DNA of 63,987 bases, filler included, from Dimargaris cristalligena (GCA_003614675.1; 3 parts of 3 records of this genome joined end to end with filler, not necessarily neighbours in it), one strand, 5' to 3'. Positions 51,030 through 63,764 are shown, counted from the first letter of the whole stretch. The notes: generated by a model not told the origin, from the sequence alone. Made by a program: numbers and translations.

Positions 51030-52088
51030 TAGGCTTGGCGACCGACCATACGGGGATAACCGGCGAACAAAAAAAAAACGAGACTAAATAGGAGAAACGG
51101 CCGGAGGTAGTACGGAAGCGGCAGAATGCGGTAGGGGAGAGGGGCGGGTGGGTGAAGGCGGAATGAGAGAAGGTAAGGAGGAGGGGGAAAGGCTTAATGC
51201 CTGAATCGAATAAACGTTAAAATCTAAAGGGTTAGAATCTATACATACTGAGTGAATCGGATAAGTGAAAAATGGTTAAGGAGAAAATTCTCCAAGGTTG
51301 GCAGATATCAGGAGAAAGGATGATAGAATAATAGTGGTGCTTCGAAGTTGTCCAAGATACCACACGAACACAGCTTAGAAAGCACAGTTAGAGTTTAGTC
51401 AGCCCTAAACAAATGATAATTGGGGAATAATAAACTTAATAGGCCACCACCTCCTACAACGGCAATGAGATTCGATGAATCAATCATGTCCAGGCGGCCT
51501 ATAGCACAATTTTATAGCTATACTGCGCAGTTTACACGCGCATTCGTAATACTTGATGCTCATAGGTAGATTGTCATACACCACAAAAGGGGCTACTGCA
51601 TTCAATTTCCAGAAAAACGCCCCAATTACGTGGCATCATTAGGGAGTTGTTGTTGTTGTTTAGCGAAGAGGCCTACAAAATATAGAGCACTGAAGTAGCC
51701 CAACGGCATGCTGCCTAATTATGGTGATCCGTAGAGGTGTCGCGAAAGTTGTCTTTTATATATATATATATATAGGGCGAAGTACAGCTACAGTCTGTGA
51801 AGAGTTGGTGGGGATGGTGATATGTAATAGGGGATATAAAATGAGCTAATGGGTAGAAAAACCCCGAAAAGTTAATGAAGGCAAAGTGATCATTGATGTT
51901 GGCCTCTGAAAGGAGTAAAGGTTACTTTCGTTCAATGGGTAGAGTCGAAGGGGTGGCGAAATAAACCATTGCAAAGTGCTGGGTCATACCATAGGTCGAT
52001 AGAAATCGATTAAACGCATGGGTAGGGAAGAGGAGCCCTGGTACTAGGGGCTGGCCGACAGACCCCTAGTCAAGTCAGCCAGGCACTA

Positions 52089-53267
52089 TTAAACACCCAC
52101 GAAATACGATTCACGGGGCTTAGTTTCGTGAACAAAGCGACGGACGGCCTGCAGGGTGGAATGCTTGAGGTGCTGATTGGGCGGAAGATCGGTACTTTCC
52201 GGAATATCGGACGGATTATCAGATTCCCGGGGCTGCACGATACGAGGCGGGTCGAAGCTATAGGACTTCACCAGATTCGCCTTTATCAGCCCGATCAAAT
52301 GGAAGTCAATGGCGGTGGCGGCGTTACTCATATGGAATAGCAAACGGCGGGCACCCCGGCGGGAAACGGCGTAGCCGTGGGCACAGTAGGGGGCACTGGT
52401 CTCGTACAAACCGAGTTGGGAGTCAACCACGGTGTGCGACTTCTCGGTTAAGCTGCAGTGGCCAACGAAAAACGTGTCCCATTCATTTTCGGGCAGTTTG
52501 GCCAGGGCCAAGGGCAGGTCACGGGGCAAGCTAAGGTCCATATCCACGTCATCCTCCATAATCAACGCCCGGTCCAGTTTGCGTTCGACCATTTCCAAGT
52601 AAATGTTCATGTGGCTCCGCCAACAGGCCAGTCGGTTGCCGGACATGGTCGGGGACCGCTGCTTATAGGGTGGGATAAAGCCCACAGTGTCCGGCGTGGC
52701 CGCTTCCATAAACTTCACCTCGATGCCTAGAAAGTCGGCCTGGAGGGCAATTTTGGCCCGCCGATCGGTGCGGCGTTTCAAATTAATCACAAAGATTTCG
52801 TCGAAACCCATTTTGCGGTCGCGGACGGAAGCGGAAGTGGAAGTGGATGCGGGGGCCGTTATACCCTTCCCGACGGGGGCGGCCGGAGCCGCTTTGGCGA
52901 CAACCGGGGGCTGGATAGCCTGGGGCTTCGGGGGTGACGTAGCAAGAGCCGGGGCCTCTTTGACGGCCGCCGGCGGCTGAATAGCCTGGGGCTTCGGGGG
53001 CGGGGCCTGCTGTACTTGGACTTGGGCCAGTGGTGGCTGGGACTCCGCTTGCTGCAGTTGGGTCTGGCGAAGGTGTTCGCGGCCGGGACGGTGGGCGCGG
53101 GAGTTGGAGACGGCGGGGGCCGCAGACGAGCCGGAATTGAACCAAAGCCAGAGAGCCACGACGAATAAAAGGCCGAGGACGATGTAACGAGCGGGCGATG
53201 TGGCGGGACGGCCTTTGGTGGAGTAAGGACCAGCCTTCCCCTGGTGGAGTACACCGCGGTACGCCAT
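52089..53267 (-). CDS. Glycosyltransferase family 25 protein, type II membrane topology
   Basis: N-terminal TM (YIVLGLLFVVALWLWF), Pro/Ala stem, IFVINLKRRTDRR, LACWRSHMNIY, ALIMEDDVD, CAHGYAVSRRGARRLL. Confidence 0.92.
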   Translation of the reverse strand: MAYRGVLHQGKAGPYSTKGRPATSPARYIVLGLLFVVALWLWFNSGSSAAPAVSNSRAHRPGREHLRQTQLQQAESQPPLAQVQVQQAPPPKPQAIQPPAAVKEAPALATSPPKPQAIQPPVVAKAAPAAPVGKGITAPASTSTSASVRDRKMGFDEIFVINLKRRTDRRAKIALQADFLGIEVKFMEAATPDTVGFIPPYKQRSPTMSGNRLACWRSHMNIYLEMVERKLDRALIMEDDVDMDLSLPRDLPLALAKLPENEWDTFFVGHCSLTEKSHTVVDSQLGLYETSAPYCAHGYAVSRRGARRLLFHMSNAATAIDFHLIGLIKANLVKSYSFDPPRIVQPRESDNPSDIPESTDLPPNQHLKHSTLQAVRRFVHETKPRESYFVGV

Positions 53268-54596
53268 GGGTGGTGCGAAATGTGTACTTGGCTTGGAATG
53301 GGCTGAAGTGAGGGCGAGATGGTGGAGTACGCCGGGCGGAGTTGGCTTACTTTATAAAGGTAGCTGGGGTGGTGGTGTAACGCTACAAAGAGGTCCAAAC
53401 TATATGCACATCTACTTGAAGAGAAGAAAAAAAGAGACAAGGCTATATGCGCATAAACTATCCGAAATGAAATATAAAAGTAAGGTTGGTTGGCGAAGTG
53501 GAGGGGCAGATTCACTGATATATATATATATATATATCTCTCTGGGAAAGCAGAAGAGGCTGTCGTTCGTGTAGGTCCGGGAAACAGTGGATTATCCGGC
53601 GAATAGGGTTTCCGGAGGGGGGCCAGGTCAATGCGCGCGACCTCTCATTGTTGCCGTAATAGAAACAACCGCGCTTTACTTAGGGCAGTCGTATCCACCC
53701 AGCTTCTTCAATAATAGCACACGTAGGTGAGGAGGAGGAGCCCACCACAGTTAACCAGTCGCGATTCATTTTGGTACAGAGCAGCCGTTGGGATTTTCTG
53801 TGCGGCTTCGTCGTTTCTCCTGAGGGGCCTATAGATGCTATAATGGTAGCAATCCTTAGGTTTATCATCGTCTGTTGGCGTATTTATCAATGGTGGAGTG
53901 ATGCTACTCCCTAGAATAGCACCCACCTCTGAATAAGCAGGGGGCTGTGGCCTTTTTTAAACGGCTCCACTTTTAAATAGACCAGCCTGGAGCCACACGA
54001 GAGTACCCAACCCTCCACTATACAGCTCTCAGAATAACGGTAGCTGTCCCGCATGGCCCAGTCACCTTTATATTTCTACGTAGCGAGCCCACCACTTACC
54101 AGTGGGACTGCATTACAATATACACCCCCTCCTTGCATGTTAAGGACTCCCAGGGGCAATTCGCTAATTCATATTTCCCAGCAACACCTCCCCATCGAGG
54201 GTTCGCTCTCAAAATCGGCACTCAGCGACATGGATATAAAAGGTACTATATTATGCAATAGTGGTAGTGATGCCCTTGGTAGCAAGGGCCCAGTAGTTCG
54301 GAGGAACCCAATAAAAGATCATCATAAAAGGATATATCGAAAACAGCTCGACAGAGAAGGTAAAAACATTAATAAATAGAAAAATCAACAATTTTAGAAC
54401 ATGGCACATTTACAAGGCGGGTGAAAATCAAAGGAGAAAAGGGGGGGGGGCGAAGCTAGAGAGTGAGGAAAGGGCCACGCTACTATTCATATACCAGAGA
54501 GGTAGCAAATGACGTAGTAGTAATGGTTACTAGAATAGAGTGTGAGGGGCTTCAGGATTGGCTAACGGCCGTATTGGACTGTTGGGGGCGCAGACT

Positions 54597-55253
54597 CTAA
54601 AGGCGAACCAGGCCACCCAGAGAGAGAATGGCCACCGTACCCACCAGAAGCAGACCGGTGTGCGACTCGAGGGTGGACGCCGAGCTGTAACGGTAGTTGT
54701 TGCCGTACTGGGGCCGGACCCCGGTCTGAGCCTGATTGTTCTGCTGGTTCTGGTTGTATTGGTTGTTGTACTTAGGGTCATAGCCGGTTTCGCTACCCTG
54801 CTGCTGGTTGTACTGCTGGCCCTGCTGGTTATATTGCTGCTGTTGTTGGCCATACTGCTGCTGCTGCTGGTTGTTATTTCCGTTGGCGCCGAGCTGATCG
54901 TAGACGCACTGCTTGAACCGGTCGTCGTCGGCCTTGGCATCGGGGAACTGGCCGATGCACACCTGAAGGATGCCCGCGTTTTGCATACCAATGTTGGATT
55001 TGGTGATGATACAGTTCAAATCACCTCGGTTACAGTCCTTGGCCTTGGACAGGTCCACACCCTGGAAGTTGGCGGCTTCAGCTCCGGTCTGGGCGGGGTC
55101 CTGGAACTCGTTGGTTTCGGTGGCTTGGGGGGCATCAGCCGGGACTTCGGCAGCGGCTTCCTGAGGCTGGGCCTCGGCGGGAGGGGCGGCATCCTGGGCA
55201 TAGACCACAGCGGTCAGGGCAAGAGCAAGGATAACGGTCGAGGTGAACTTCAT
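54597..55253 (-). CDS. Secreted, probably GPI-anchored protein with a 4-Cys domain and a Q/N/Y-rich tract (218 aa)
   Basis: Signal peptide MKFTSTVILALALTAVVYA; four Cys; NNNQQQQQYGQQQQQYNQQ...; SSA + hydrophobic C-terminus; strong codon bias. Confidence 0.85.
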   Translation of the reverse strand: MKFTSTVILALALTAVVYAQDAAPPAEAQPQEAAAEVPADAPQATETNEFQDPAQTGAEAANFQGVDLSKAKDCNRGDLNCIITKSNIGMQNAGILQVCIGQFPDAKADDDRFKQCVYDQLGANGNNNQQQQQYGQQQQQYNQQGQQYNQQQGSETGYDPKYNNQYNQNQQNNQAQTGVRPQYGNNYRYSSASTLESHTGLLLVGTVAILSLGGLVRL

Positions 55254-58200
55254 GGTGATGGTGGTGTGAAAAGGTGGAGGTGGAGGGTGATGATAAAGGT
55301 ATTGGACTATGGGAGTTCACTGAGCAGTAACCAAGGGGTAGTTAAACTGTAGGAGGAGTAGAGTGGGGAAATGGTCCGCTTTGTCTAAAGAATGCGATGT
55401 AGTGGGAGTGGTAGGCAAGTCTAGTGTTGGTGATAATACCCAAGGGAGCGAAGGCGCCGGCTTTTATATTCCGATTGTTACCAGTGTAGCCCAAGGCCCT
55501 GCCTTTTCCATTTTCCACCATTTACCAACGGATTATAGGCGAAGACATCCTGGCGTTGGCGCAAAAATCCACAACTCACCACCCTTCCAAGGTTACACTC
55601 ACATACGGTAGTGGGCCAATTCCCTTTCAGGAGAAGCGTGCGCTGGGCGTCTGCCGGCCGTAGCGACGGAAGAATGGCGCGGACCTTGAAATTCTAGGGC
55701 GTAGGTTCGATTGAAATGCACATATTAGAATGGCCCGACTACTAATCAATTATTTAATGAAAAATAAAAATAAAAATAGCCGGAGCACGAATAAAGAAGC
55801 AGTGGCTGTACAATTGACATAGAGAGGAGGGAAGGAAGAAAACGGTAGAGTAAGCCGCCGGTAAGGGAAATAAAACTCCAGCCATACCAAGGTGATCCAG
55901 AACTACCTCGTCATACGTGAATTCGATCAGTGGTGTAACGAGAGGCGCAGGCGGCTCGCTCTCACTTTCCCTAAGCACGCTGGCTTCTTTCTCTTTTGGG
56001 AGTGGTCGCTAGCCGAAGTGCGAGGGAACCATACCTTTTAGTATATTTTTTTAATCTGGCGTTGACAGGGTTTTCTCCCTCAAGCATTGGTTCAGCTAGG
56101 GAAAAGGGGCTGATGCCAGAATCTCTTTAATCGAATGTTTACCGGAGAATTCCCAACCTCGACAATTCCAGGAAGTGGTGAGGAGTCCCTCTACACTAGA
56201 TATGCGCGGATTTTGAAGTTGAAGCGACTACTTAGGGGGCTGGCCCCAGCAACTCACCTACTCACAGCTCGCCCCGACTATTTCGGTGCGCTAAAATATC
56301 TCACCATGGCCCTCGTCTTCGGCATTCGATATTAGGAGTATTTTTGGCTAGGATTCGGCTTTTTCGCTGCCTTTACTCGAATTTGCAACGGTAACCTACC
56401 AATAATAGACCAGGGTGCGGCGGAAGAATTCAAAAGAAGGGTCGCACCAAGGATAGCAAAACACAGGGGCACTCTATCACTGCTCTGCTATTTTAACGAT
56501 CGAGCATCTCGCCGCTACAAGGTGTACACTGTTTGGAGGAAGGTGGGCAATATATGGCACGATTGACGAAGACCGAAGAAGGAGGAGCAAAAAAAGGTAT
56601 ACAATTGTCCAGCGACGCAGTTAAGCGCACCGGTTGTACCTGTGTGCCATTACCGTGCCACAATTACGCCCAGCCGTGGGAATTGCGCTAGTGCGGCGGT
56701 TGGCCTTCACCTTATCTTCCGCCACTGGGGGCTGCTTTACCTATCATCGGCCGTATGCGAGCCCCCCAATACCGTTGGAGAGGTCATAAGCGTGTGTAGG
56801 TGGCGATAAGATTCTCCTTTCCAGACCCTGTGGGTTTTTGTGTGGCGCCCTCAGGCTATCAGCTAGGTATGTTCAGCGAAATACCGACAAATTGGATTAG
56901 TAATAAAAGGTACCACGGGTCTATTGCAGCTGCCAATGATAAACGGGTGCCCTGGGTATTGGCACATCTGTAAGTATTATTTACATTAGCAGTATTTGAT
57001 CACCAGTTCTAATTAAGCGCAATTAATGTCAGTCGGTGGCCCTAAAAGCTGGGGATATAAGGGTGCCCAAACCACGGCCCGAATAAGAGTACTCGTAGCA
57101 TCTCGCCTCGAGAGTATTGGGTACGTCCTCTGCTTAATTTCCGCTTTAAACTCCCGCCCCGCTCTACTGTAGAAACCCATCAAAGTAAATGAAGCCTTAA
57201 TTTACAAAATGCATTTTGCTACTATTAATACACTATCCTGGCCGATGAAGAAGTATTATAAAGTCTGTAGTTTCAAAGCAGCGAACAGTTATAAAACTTC
57301 GTCTAGTCCTCCTCACCATGGGTAAATATAGTTGCGGCTAGCGGGAGGCCACACTAGCCACATGTTTCACTCTGTTTTACCCCGAAATCTACCTCCGGTA
57401 TACTCCTGGCCTCGTACAGGTGTAGCCAAAAAAATATATAACAGCAGTAAACTTTGTGCAGCTAAATACCATTCCACCAGCCTCGTACCAGCGACCGGGA
57501 ATGGCTGCGAGTTACACATTCGACCACACACGTGGCACCTTATCCAGACCTTTAAGGCCAACTTAGACGACTGCAAGTGATCCAAAAACGGCGACTACTG
57601 CTTTACTAAAAAAAAACAATCCCCCAGCAGGTTTTTCACTTCATCAAGCCGTTCTTTCCCGCCTCGTTGACGGGTGGGTAGTCACTATCAAGACTATTTC
57701 ACTGGACGTTGGCTAAAGGAACTGTGCAATGAGTGCAAGACGTTTCACCCGACCATTCGGAGTAGTTGGTTGTGCAACATTGGCGGACTATTCTACTGCA
57801 CGTTCTTTCCTTTCCCAACTTCGCGCTGTTTCATTATCTCTTTTATTCTCCTGGGTCTTAACAGCGGTGTCGACCTCGGAAATTCATGGTTGGGCTTGGC
57901 AGTTGAGCCCTGCTCAAGCTCTTGAGTCGGTGCTGCTCAACTGCGCCTCGTCACCGCTATTTAATTATAGCTTACCTCGAGTGGTATCTTCCCATTTTAC
58001 GAATATCGAGTATAGCCTAGTTTCTTGGCACTGAATAAGTAAGTAAGGTGGAAATAGTTGTTCTAGGGAGGGGATGCCATATAAAAATGAGTAAATGTTA
58101 AATTATTGCCGAATCGACTTGGTTTACCAGATATGGTGATATTAAACCGGCCCAGACCTTTCATACACGGTGCTTTTAAAGAAAGAACAGATATCCCGAG

Positions 58201-59750
58201 ACCTCGCCCAGGGAGGAGGGGTCTCGAGGAAGTATGCTGTATACATTCATTATAAACCCGGTGTCCCTCAGCGCATTTCTGGTCGGAAGAAAAGCGCTGC
58301 TTATTTTGAGACTGGTGTTTTGAATACACCGAGTACTTTCATATGGCCGGTTTCACTTTGGGCATACCTTTGAGTCGATTGTTTCGGTTACGTGGGGCTG
58401 TTCCTGACTGGGTTTCAAAGGCATACCAGACCGTTACCAAGTTACTGGGACTCCAACGAACCAAACGGCTGGATATAGGAGATATCAACAGTATGGTGTG
58501 GAGTTTCTTGAGCGGGTCACCAGTAAGATATAACCAACCTCACCTACACGAACCCCACAATGGCTGCAAAGCAGTCCCCATCTCCTACGCCCTAAAAGGT
58601 TGGAATGCTCCTCTGTGGAATAGAGGGGTTTAAACCGGAATACCCGCCGGAGCAATACGTAATCGGCATGTTGACTGTGGATATGACCTTGGGTTGGGGC
58701 GATAGAGTGGCATTCATACGTGGAACTTTTCACCGTGCTGTCCCGGTGCGGGTGCTGCCCCTGGTAGTAGTAGCGTATGTTTCGGGAGGTGGCACTCCTA
58801 CCTCCCCCTCACACGTAGAGAGGTAGTGTGCCTTTTTTTACCAGAAGCAATGTGGAGAATGTGTGAGGGAGAGGGCCTGATTGAAACCGGCGCAGCTTAC
58901 AGCCCTTTACAGTTTCACAACACCCAAGGTGCTATAATTATAATTGGCCCAATGCCTCTCAATGTACACGCCTAAACAGGGAACCAACCGCATCTACAAG
59001 ACTCTATAGCGCCTGTAACCTACCTCCAGGAGGATATTAAATACAATCGCCCTGAACTGCAGGCACGGGTCGTCCAAATTAAAAGCACCCTTGATGATCA
59101 TTCCTATGAGCCAAAACCTCTTCTTCTTTTGGTATCCTTTGTAAAAATAATATATATTATTTAATTCACTGCCTACCTATTACTTTTATATTATATATAT
59201 TGGCAATCGTTCAATCCTTTGAATCGAGTCATACCATTTAAGGCCAACCTAGGAACCGCTACCCACCGTCCCAGCTGCCGTATTTTTTTTGGAACTCTCC
59301 GTGGAATAACCTTTATCCGCGCAGCCCTGCCTATCGTAAGTTCAGCCTTACAGCATTGGGCTCTATTACTTCATTATATACACCATGCAATGTCATTACG
59401 AAACACCTCCCTACCCATGCATAACTCACACGCTCATATATATCCAGACGATCTATATTTGGCTGCCCCTTTCTAACTCGCCAACCACATATCAGCTGCT
59501 GCTAAAAAAGGTCACACGTAGGTGTGTCATTAGAGGAGGAGAGCGTTGGGCAGGCTAGATCATAAGTCGCAAAGTATAAAGGCACCGGTGATGCCTATAT
59601 CAGAGCGATAGAGACCCTGTTACATAAAAACCTTTCCCTTCTTTCCCGTTTCTTTACTTTTACTACTACTCTATTTTCTAATCGTACTGTGACAGCTTCC
59701 CTCTTGCCTACCACCCCCCTTTCATCAGAGCCACGAAAGCAGCTACCAGC

Positions 59751-62406
59751 ATGTCTCAGTCAACTAAATACCTTATGAACGACTCCAAAGACGTAAGTTT
59801 TAATTGACATAAACCGATAGTGTTCACCCCACCCTTTTGCCACATTGCTATATCCTCAAATACCTAGTTGATCTACCATTCCTCGGATAACCCGGACTCT
59901 CATCCCCCGAGCTCTGTTACTCACACTATTAGCATTTGACTGTATCGTTGTATGGGGTGGTGCCTGTGCTCATGCATTTCCCCTGGACTATTCGACACGT
60001 ATCCTTCCCCACCGTAGCTGGTCGTGGAGTCGCTTCAGGGTCTCGCTGCCGTCTACCCGTCCCTGGCCATCGATGCCCACCAAAAGGGTAAGTTAGCACC
60101 TATGCAAATACAAACGTCTAAGAAACGATTATTCCCCCGATACACGTCAGTACCTGGGGGTGGTTGGCTTAGGAGAGCTCATCCATTGTGGGTGATGTAC
60201 CCCATGAACCCTATAGTCAGTATATGCAATCCTTGAATACTAATACAATTTAACTGATCTGCATATTTCGTATCGTTGTCAATGTGGTATAATTCTCCCG
60301 ATATCCATGGCGGCTTTGTAACGTCCAATATCCTCTGAATAATTATCCATCTACAGTGGTGTACTGCAAGGATATTGAAAATATCAAGGCGAACCAAGTG
60401 ACGCTCGTTAGTGGAGGTAAGTGTAGACAATGTCTGAGCATAGAGTGTAGACTTGAACCCCGTTTACAAGTCTTTTCCCATAGCCATACCATAGTGCCGA
60501 TGGCCATACTCTTTCAGTGCACTAACCCCCAGCTATCTATCTATCTATCTATCGCATTGCCTTGGTATACATTCAATTTTATTGTCCTAAAATTGTAGGT
60601 GGTTCGGGTCATGAACCCGCCCATGCCGGTTTTGTCGGTGACGGTATGCTTTCCGCCGCCGTGGCCGGACAGGTCTTCGCTTCACCCTCGTCCAGCCAGA
60701 TTCTCAAAGCCCTCCGCCGGTGCGCGTCCCGTGACCACGGTTCCCTGGTTATCGTGAAGAACTACACGGGGGACGTGATTAATTTCGGGCGGGCCATCGA
60801 ACGGGCCCGTTGGGAGGGTGTGGCCAAGGACATTCGCATGGTGGTGGTCGGGGACGACGTGGGGGTTACCAGCTCTTCCCCCGATGCCGAGGGAGATGAA
60901 GACGCCAGTGACGTCGGCCGCCGAGGCTTGGCCGGTACTGTGCTCGTCCACAAAGTGGCGGGTGCCGCCGCGGCCCTGGGCGCTTCGTTGGATGACGTGT
61001 ACCAAGTCGCCCAATTGGTGGCCCAAAACATCGCCACCATTGGTGTTTCCCTCAGTACCTGTACGGTCCCCGGGGCTACCAGTGACGGTCGCTACATGAA
61101 AAATAACGAAGTTGAATTCGGTCTGGGTATCCACGGTGAACCGGGATTTGAGACCAAAACCCTCGACTCATCCAAAAATACCGTATCCCAGATGCTCGCC
61201 AAGATCCTCCAATCGCCGACCATTCGTTCGAAACTCAACGGCGATCAGTCCCACAGCGTGGTGCTGATGGTCAACAACCTAGGGGGAACCACGTCGCTCG
61301 AATTGTACACCGCCGCCCGGGAGGCCCTCCTGTACCTCCGCAGTCAACCCATCCGGGTGACCAAGGCCTACGTCGGACCGTTTGTTACGGCGCTGGACAT
61401 GCACGGTATTTCTTTGACTCTGTTGGCTGTCCCGGATAACCAGGAAGCCGAATTGATGCGCTATTTGGCGCACGCCGTCGGAGCCCCCGGCTGGAACAAT
61501 GTGGCCGGTGGTTCGCCCATTGATTTGTCCCAACTAGTCGCGCCCACCGAGCAGGAGGGTTCCGCGAATATGTTGAGTAACACCAGCCCGGCCCCCGCGG
61601 CCAGCCGCAGTTCACCCGCCGAGGCCGGATCCACCAACAGTTTCCTGTCTACTGTATGGAAGCCGGCCGTCATCGGGGGTTGTCGCGCCGTGGCCGCTGT
61701 GGAACCTTTGATCACCCGCTACGACACCGTGTGGGGTGACGGGGACTGTGGTTTAACCCTGAAGAGCGGGGCCACCGCTATTTTGAAGGGATTCGATCGG
61801 ACTGATCCCGCCGCCTACCACATCCCCCTGGACCCCCGCGTGCCCGACCACACCATCGCGGCCATCAGTGAACTGGTGGAGGATTCCATGGGTGGAACCT
61901 CGGGTGGTCTTTACTGCATCATGTTAGACGCCCTGGCTGCCCAAATCCAGGCCTTGGGTGGAGACGGTACGGATTCTTCGGCCGATTCCCAGACCAAGGA
62001 AGCCACCCCAGCCCGCAAGGTCCAGGACCTCACCCTCGACCAATGGGCGCACTGCCTCTCCAACGCCCTGCAGACGCTCGAGCGTTACACCACGGCCCGG
62101 AAGGGCCACCGTACTCTGATGGATGTGCTCATTCCTTTTATTGAAAGCATCGTCGCCTCGGCCAACGAAACCCAGGGTCAAAGCGACGAGCAGGAGCGGA
62201 GCCGGTGCATGAAGGCCCTCGAGGACGCCGTGGAGGCGGCCCAGCGGGGTATGGAGGCCACCAAGGTCATGGTGCCCCGGCGCGGTCGCGCGACGTACAT
62301 TGGGGACCAGGATGCGGCGGACTCGGAGAAGTATCAAATTCCGGATCCTGGTGCCTATGGACTGTACATTATCTTCGACGGGATTCTCAAGGCCATGCAA
62401 TCATAA
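59751..62406 (+). CDS. DAK1: Dihydroxyacetone kinase (triokinase; DakK + DakL); exons 59751-59792, 60018-60087, 60357-60416, 60599-62406
   Basis: VTLVSG|GGSGHEPAHAGFVGDGML, VKNYTGD, GRRGLAGTVL, GLGIHGEPG, GDGDCG, MGGTSGGLY, RTLMDVL, GRATY, PDPGA; three frame-consistent GTAAGT-AG introns. Confidence 0.97.
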
Positions 62407-62677
62407 GAGGAGAGTGCCTGATTTGGGAAAAATTAATCCCTGCATAAAGAGAGAGAGAGAGAGAGCCGCGTTTTCTATTACACTCTTGCCTATCCTATTT
62501 TTGATCATATTATCTTCAAAACATACAGATTATCACATCTGAACCTTAATCGACTATATAATATTATTATGGGAATCGCCCACCTTATTTTTTGTTTATA
62601 AAGCTCATCGACCCCTTTTATACTACTATACATACTTTTGTTAGACCAAGTCTAACTATCGGGACAACGGGTGGCCT

Positions 62678-62911
62678 TGTTAAATAATTTGATTCATATA
62701 CTTACACTGCGACATTATATTATTTGCCTGTCTCCATGAATTAAAATACGTATGTGGTATTCATCAACCCTGGTATTCGCTATGAGGGAACAATTGAATT
62801 GCTAGAAAAGTAGGTGATTGAAAGTTTAGAATACGGTTTATCAGTGTGGGTAACTGAGGTGGATATAAATCAAGCACAGTTATATTCAAAAAATGGGAAC
62901 ACTCCCCCTCA
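62678..62911 (-). mobile_element. Possible older LTR (62901-62678) preceded by a Copia-type polypurine tract
   Basis: Minus strand reads TGAGGGGGAG|TGTT... (62911-62898) and a possible ...TTTAACA end at 62678; no second copy in the window. Confidence 0.35.
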
Positions 62912-62913
62912 GA

Positions 62914-63764
62914 TGAAGTAGAGTTTTATTTAAAGTAGATCTAAGGCAGGCAACCTTTTGGTCATAATTGCTATCCACAGGGAACATGATAATGGGTAAT
63001 TTGGTCAAAAACCCTCAAAAACACTCCCCCTCATACCTTAATCATTTATTTAATGAAGAGGAGGCACATTTAAGCCCATCAGTGTGGTCTTGAGGGATTG
63101 TACTGTTATGAGTAATATTTTAGATAATAGACATTGTGACAGCAAAGTAATATCCAGCATAGATAATAGGTGTGCATATAAATGCCAATATTTAAAGACT
63201 ATATTAAAGAATTACAAAACCTAGGAGGTACAGTGTGTATTTTTCTATTCTATATAGTTGAATCTGAATTAAAATATCAAGAAACTACAATAGAACCATA
63301 CCATTTAATGTATAATTTTGTGATATTACCCATTTGATTTATCTAAATTCTATTATAATAATATTGATATATAAAATTTGGGTATATCAAGCCTGTTTGG
63401 CTCAGATAAAGTAGAGTTTTATTTAAAGTGAATCTAAGGCAGGCAACCTTTTGGTCATAATTTTGTTAGAAATCACATGATTAATCATGATAATCATTCT
63501 GCTCTTGTGAGCACTACTTTATTCACTATACAATGGCCACATCCCCTTCTTTCTTATGGCCACGTCCTCTATTCAATAAAACAACTCAACTGGAGTTATT
63601 GTTTTTCTCTTTGCGGCTTTCTTCTTTATTCATTACTATCTTTACTAGTGATAATATGCTTATTCAATAAAGCTTGCAGTTTTTATTCATTTATACTTTC
63701 CAACAAATTTGCCATCCACAGGGAACATATTAATGGATAGATGGCTCAAAAACCCTCAAAAGCA
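62914..63764 (-). mobile_element. TRIM-like non-autonomous LTR retroelement: 5' LTR 63764-63407 (interrupted by solo LTR), PBS 63405-63391, PPT 63033-63024, 3' LTR 63023-62914
   Basis: Two ~110-bp direct repeats (110 bp, and 111 bp after removing the insert plus its TSD) with TG...CA ends (one mutated); TGAGGGGGAG abuts the 3' LTR; flanks tcaga/acaga (4/5 TSD); 383-bp non-coding interior. Confidence 0.75.
63464..63705 (+). mobile_element. Solo LTR (242 bp) nested in the TRIM 5' LTR
   Basis: TGTTAGAAA...TTTCCAACA termini (8/9 inverted), perfect 5-bp TSD AATTT (63459-63463 and 63706-63710), internal AATAAA signals; the empty site is visible in the other LTR copy (ggtcataattgctatccaca). Confidence 0.9.

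Noticed and set aside
54558-55352. 264-aa Leu/Val-rich plus-strand ORF resembling a membrane protein
   Set aside because: Antisense shadow of the Q/N-rich secreted gene, which has the signal peptide and codon bias.
55400-59700. 4.3-kb interval between divergent genes with many 60-100-aa ORFs
   Set aside because: ORFs lack motifs and codon bias; no RNA gene structure identified.
63135-63165. Minus-strand LDI-FAVT resembling the Copia RT motif PDIAFAV inside the TRIM interior
   Set aside because: Needs a frameshift and is too short to support.
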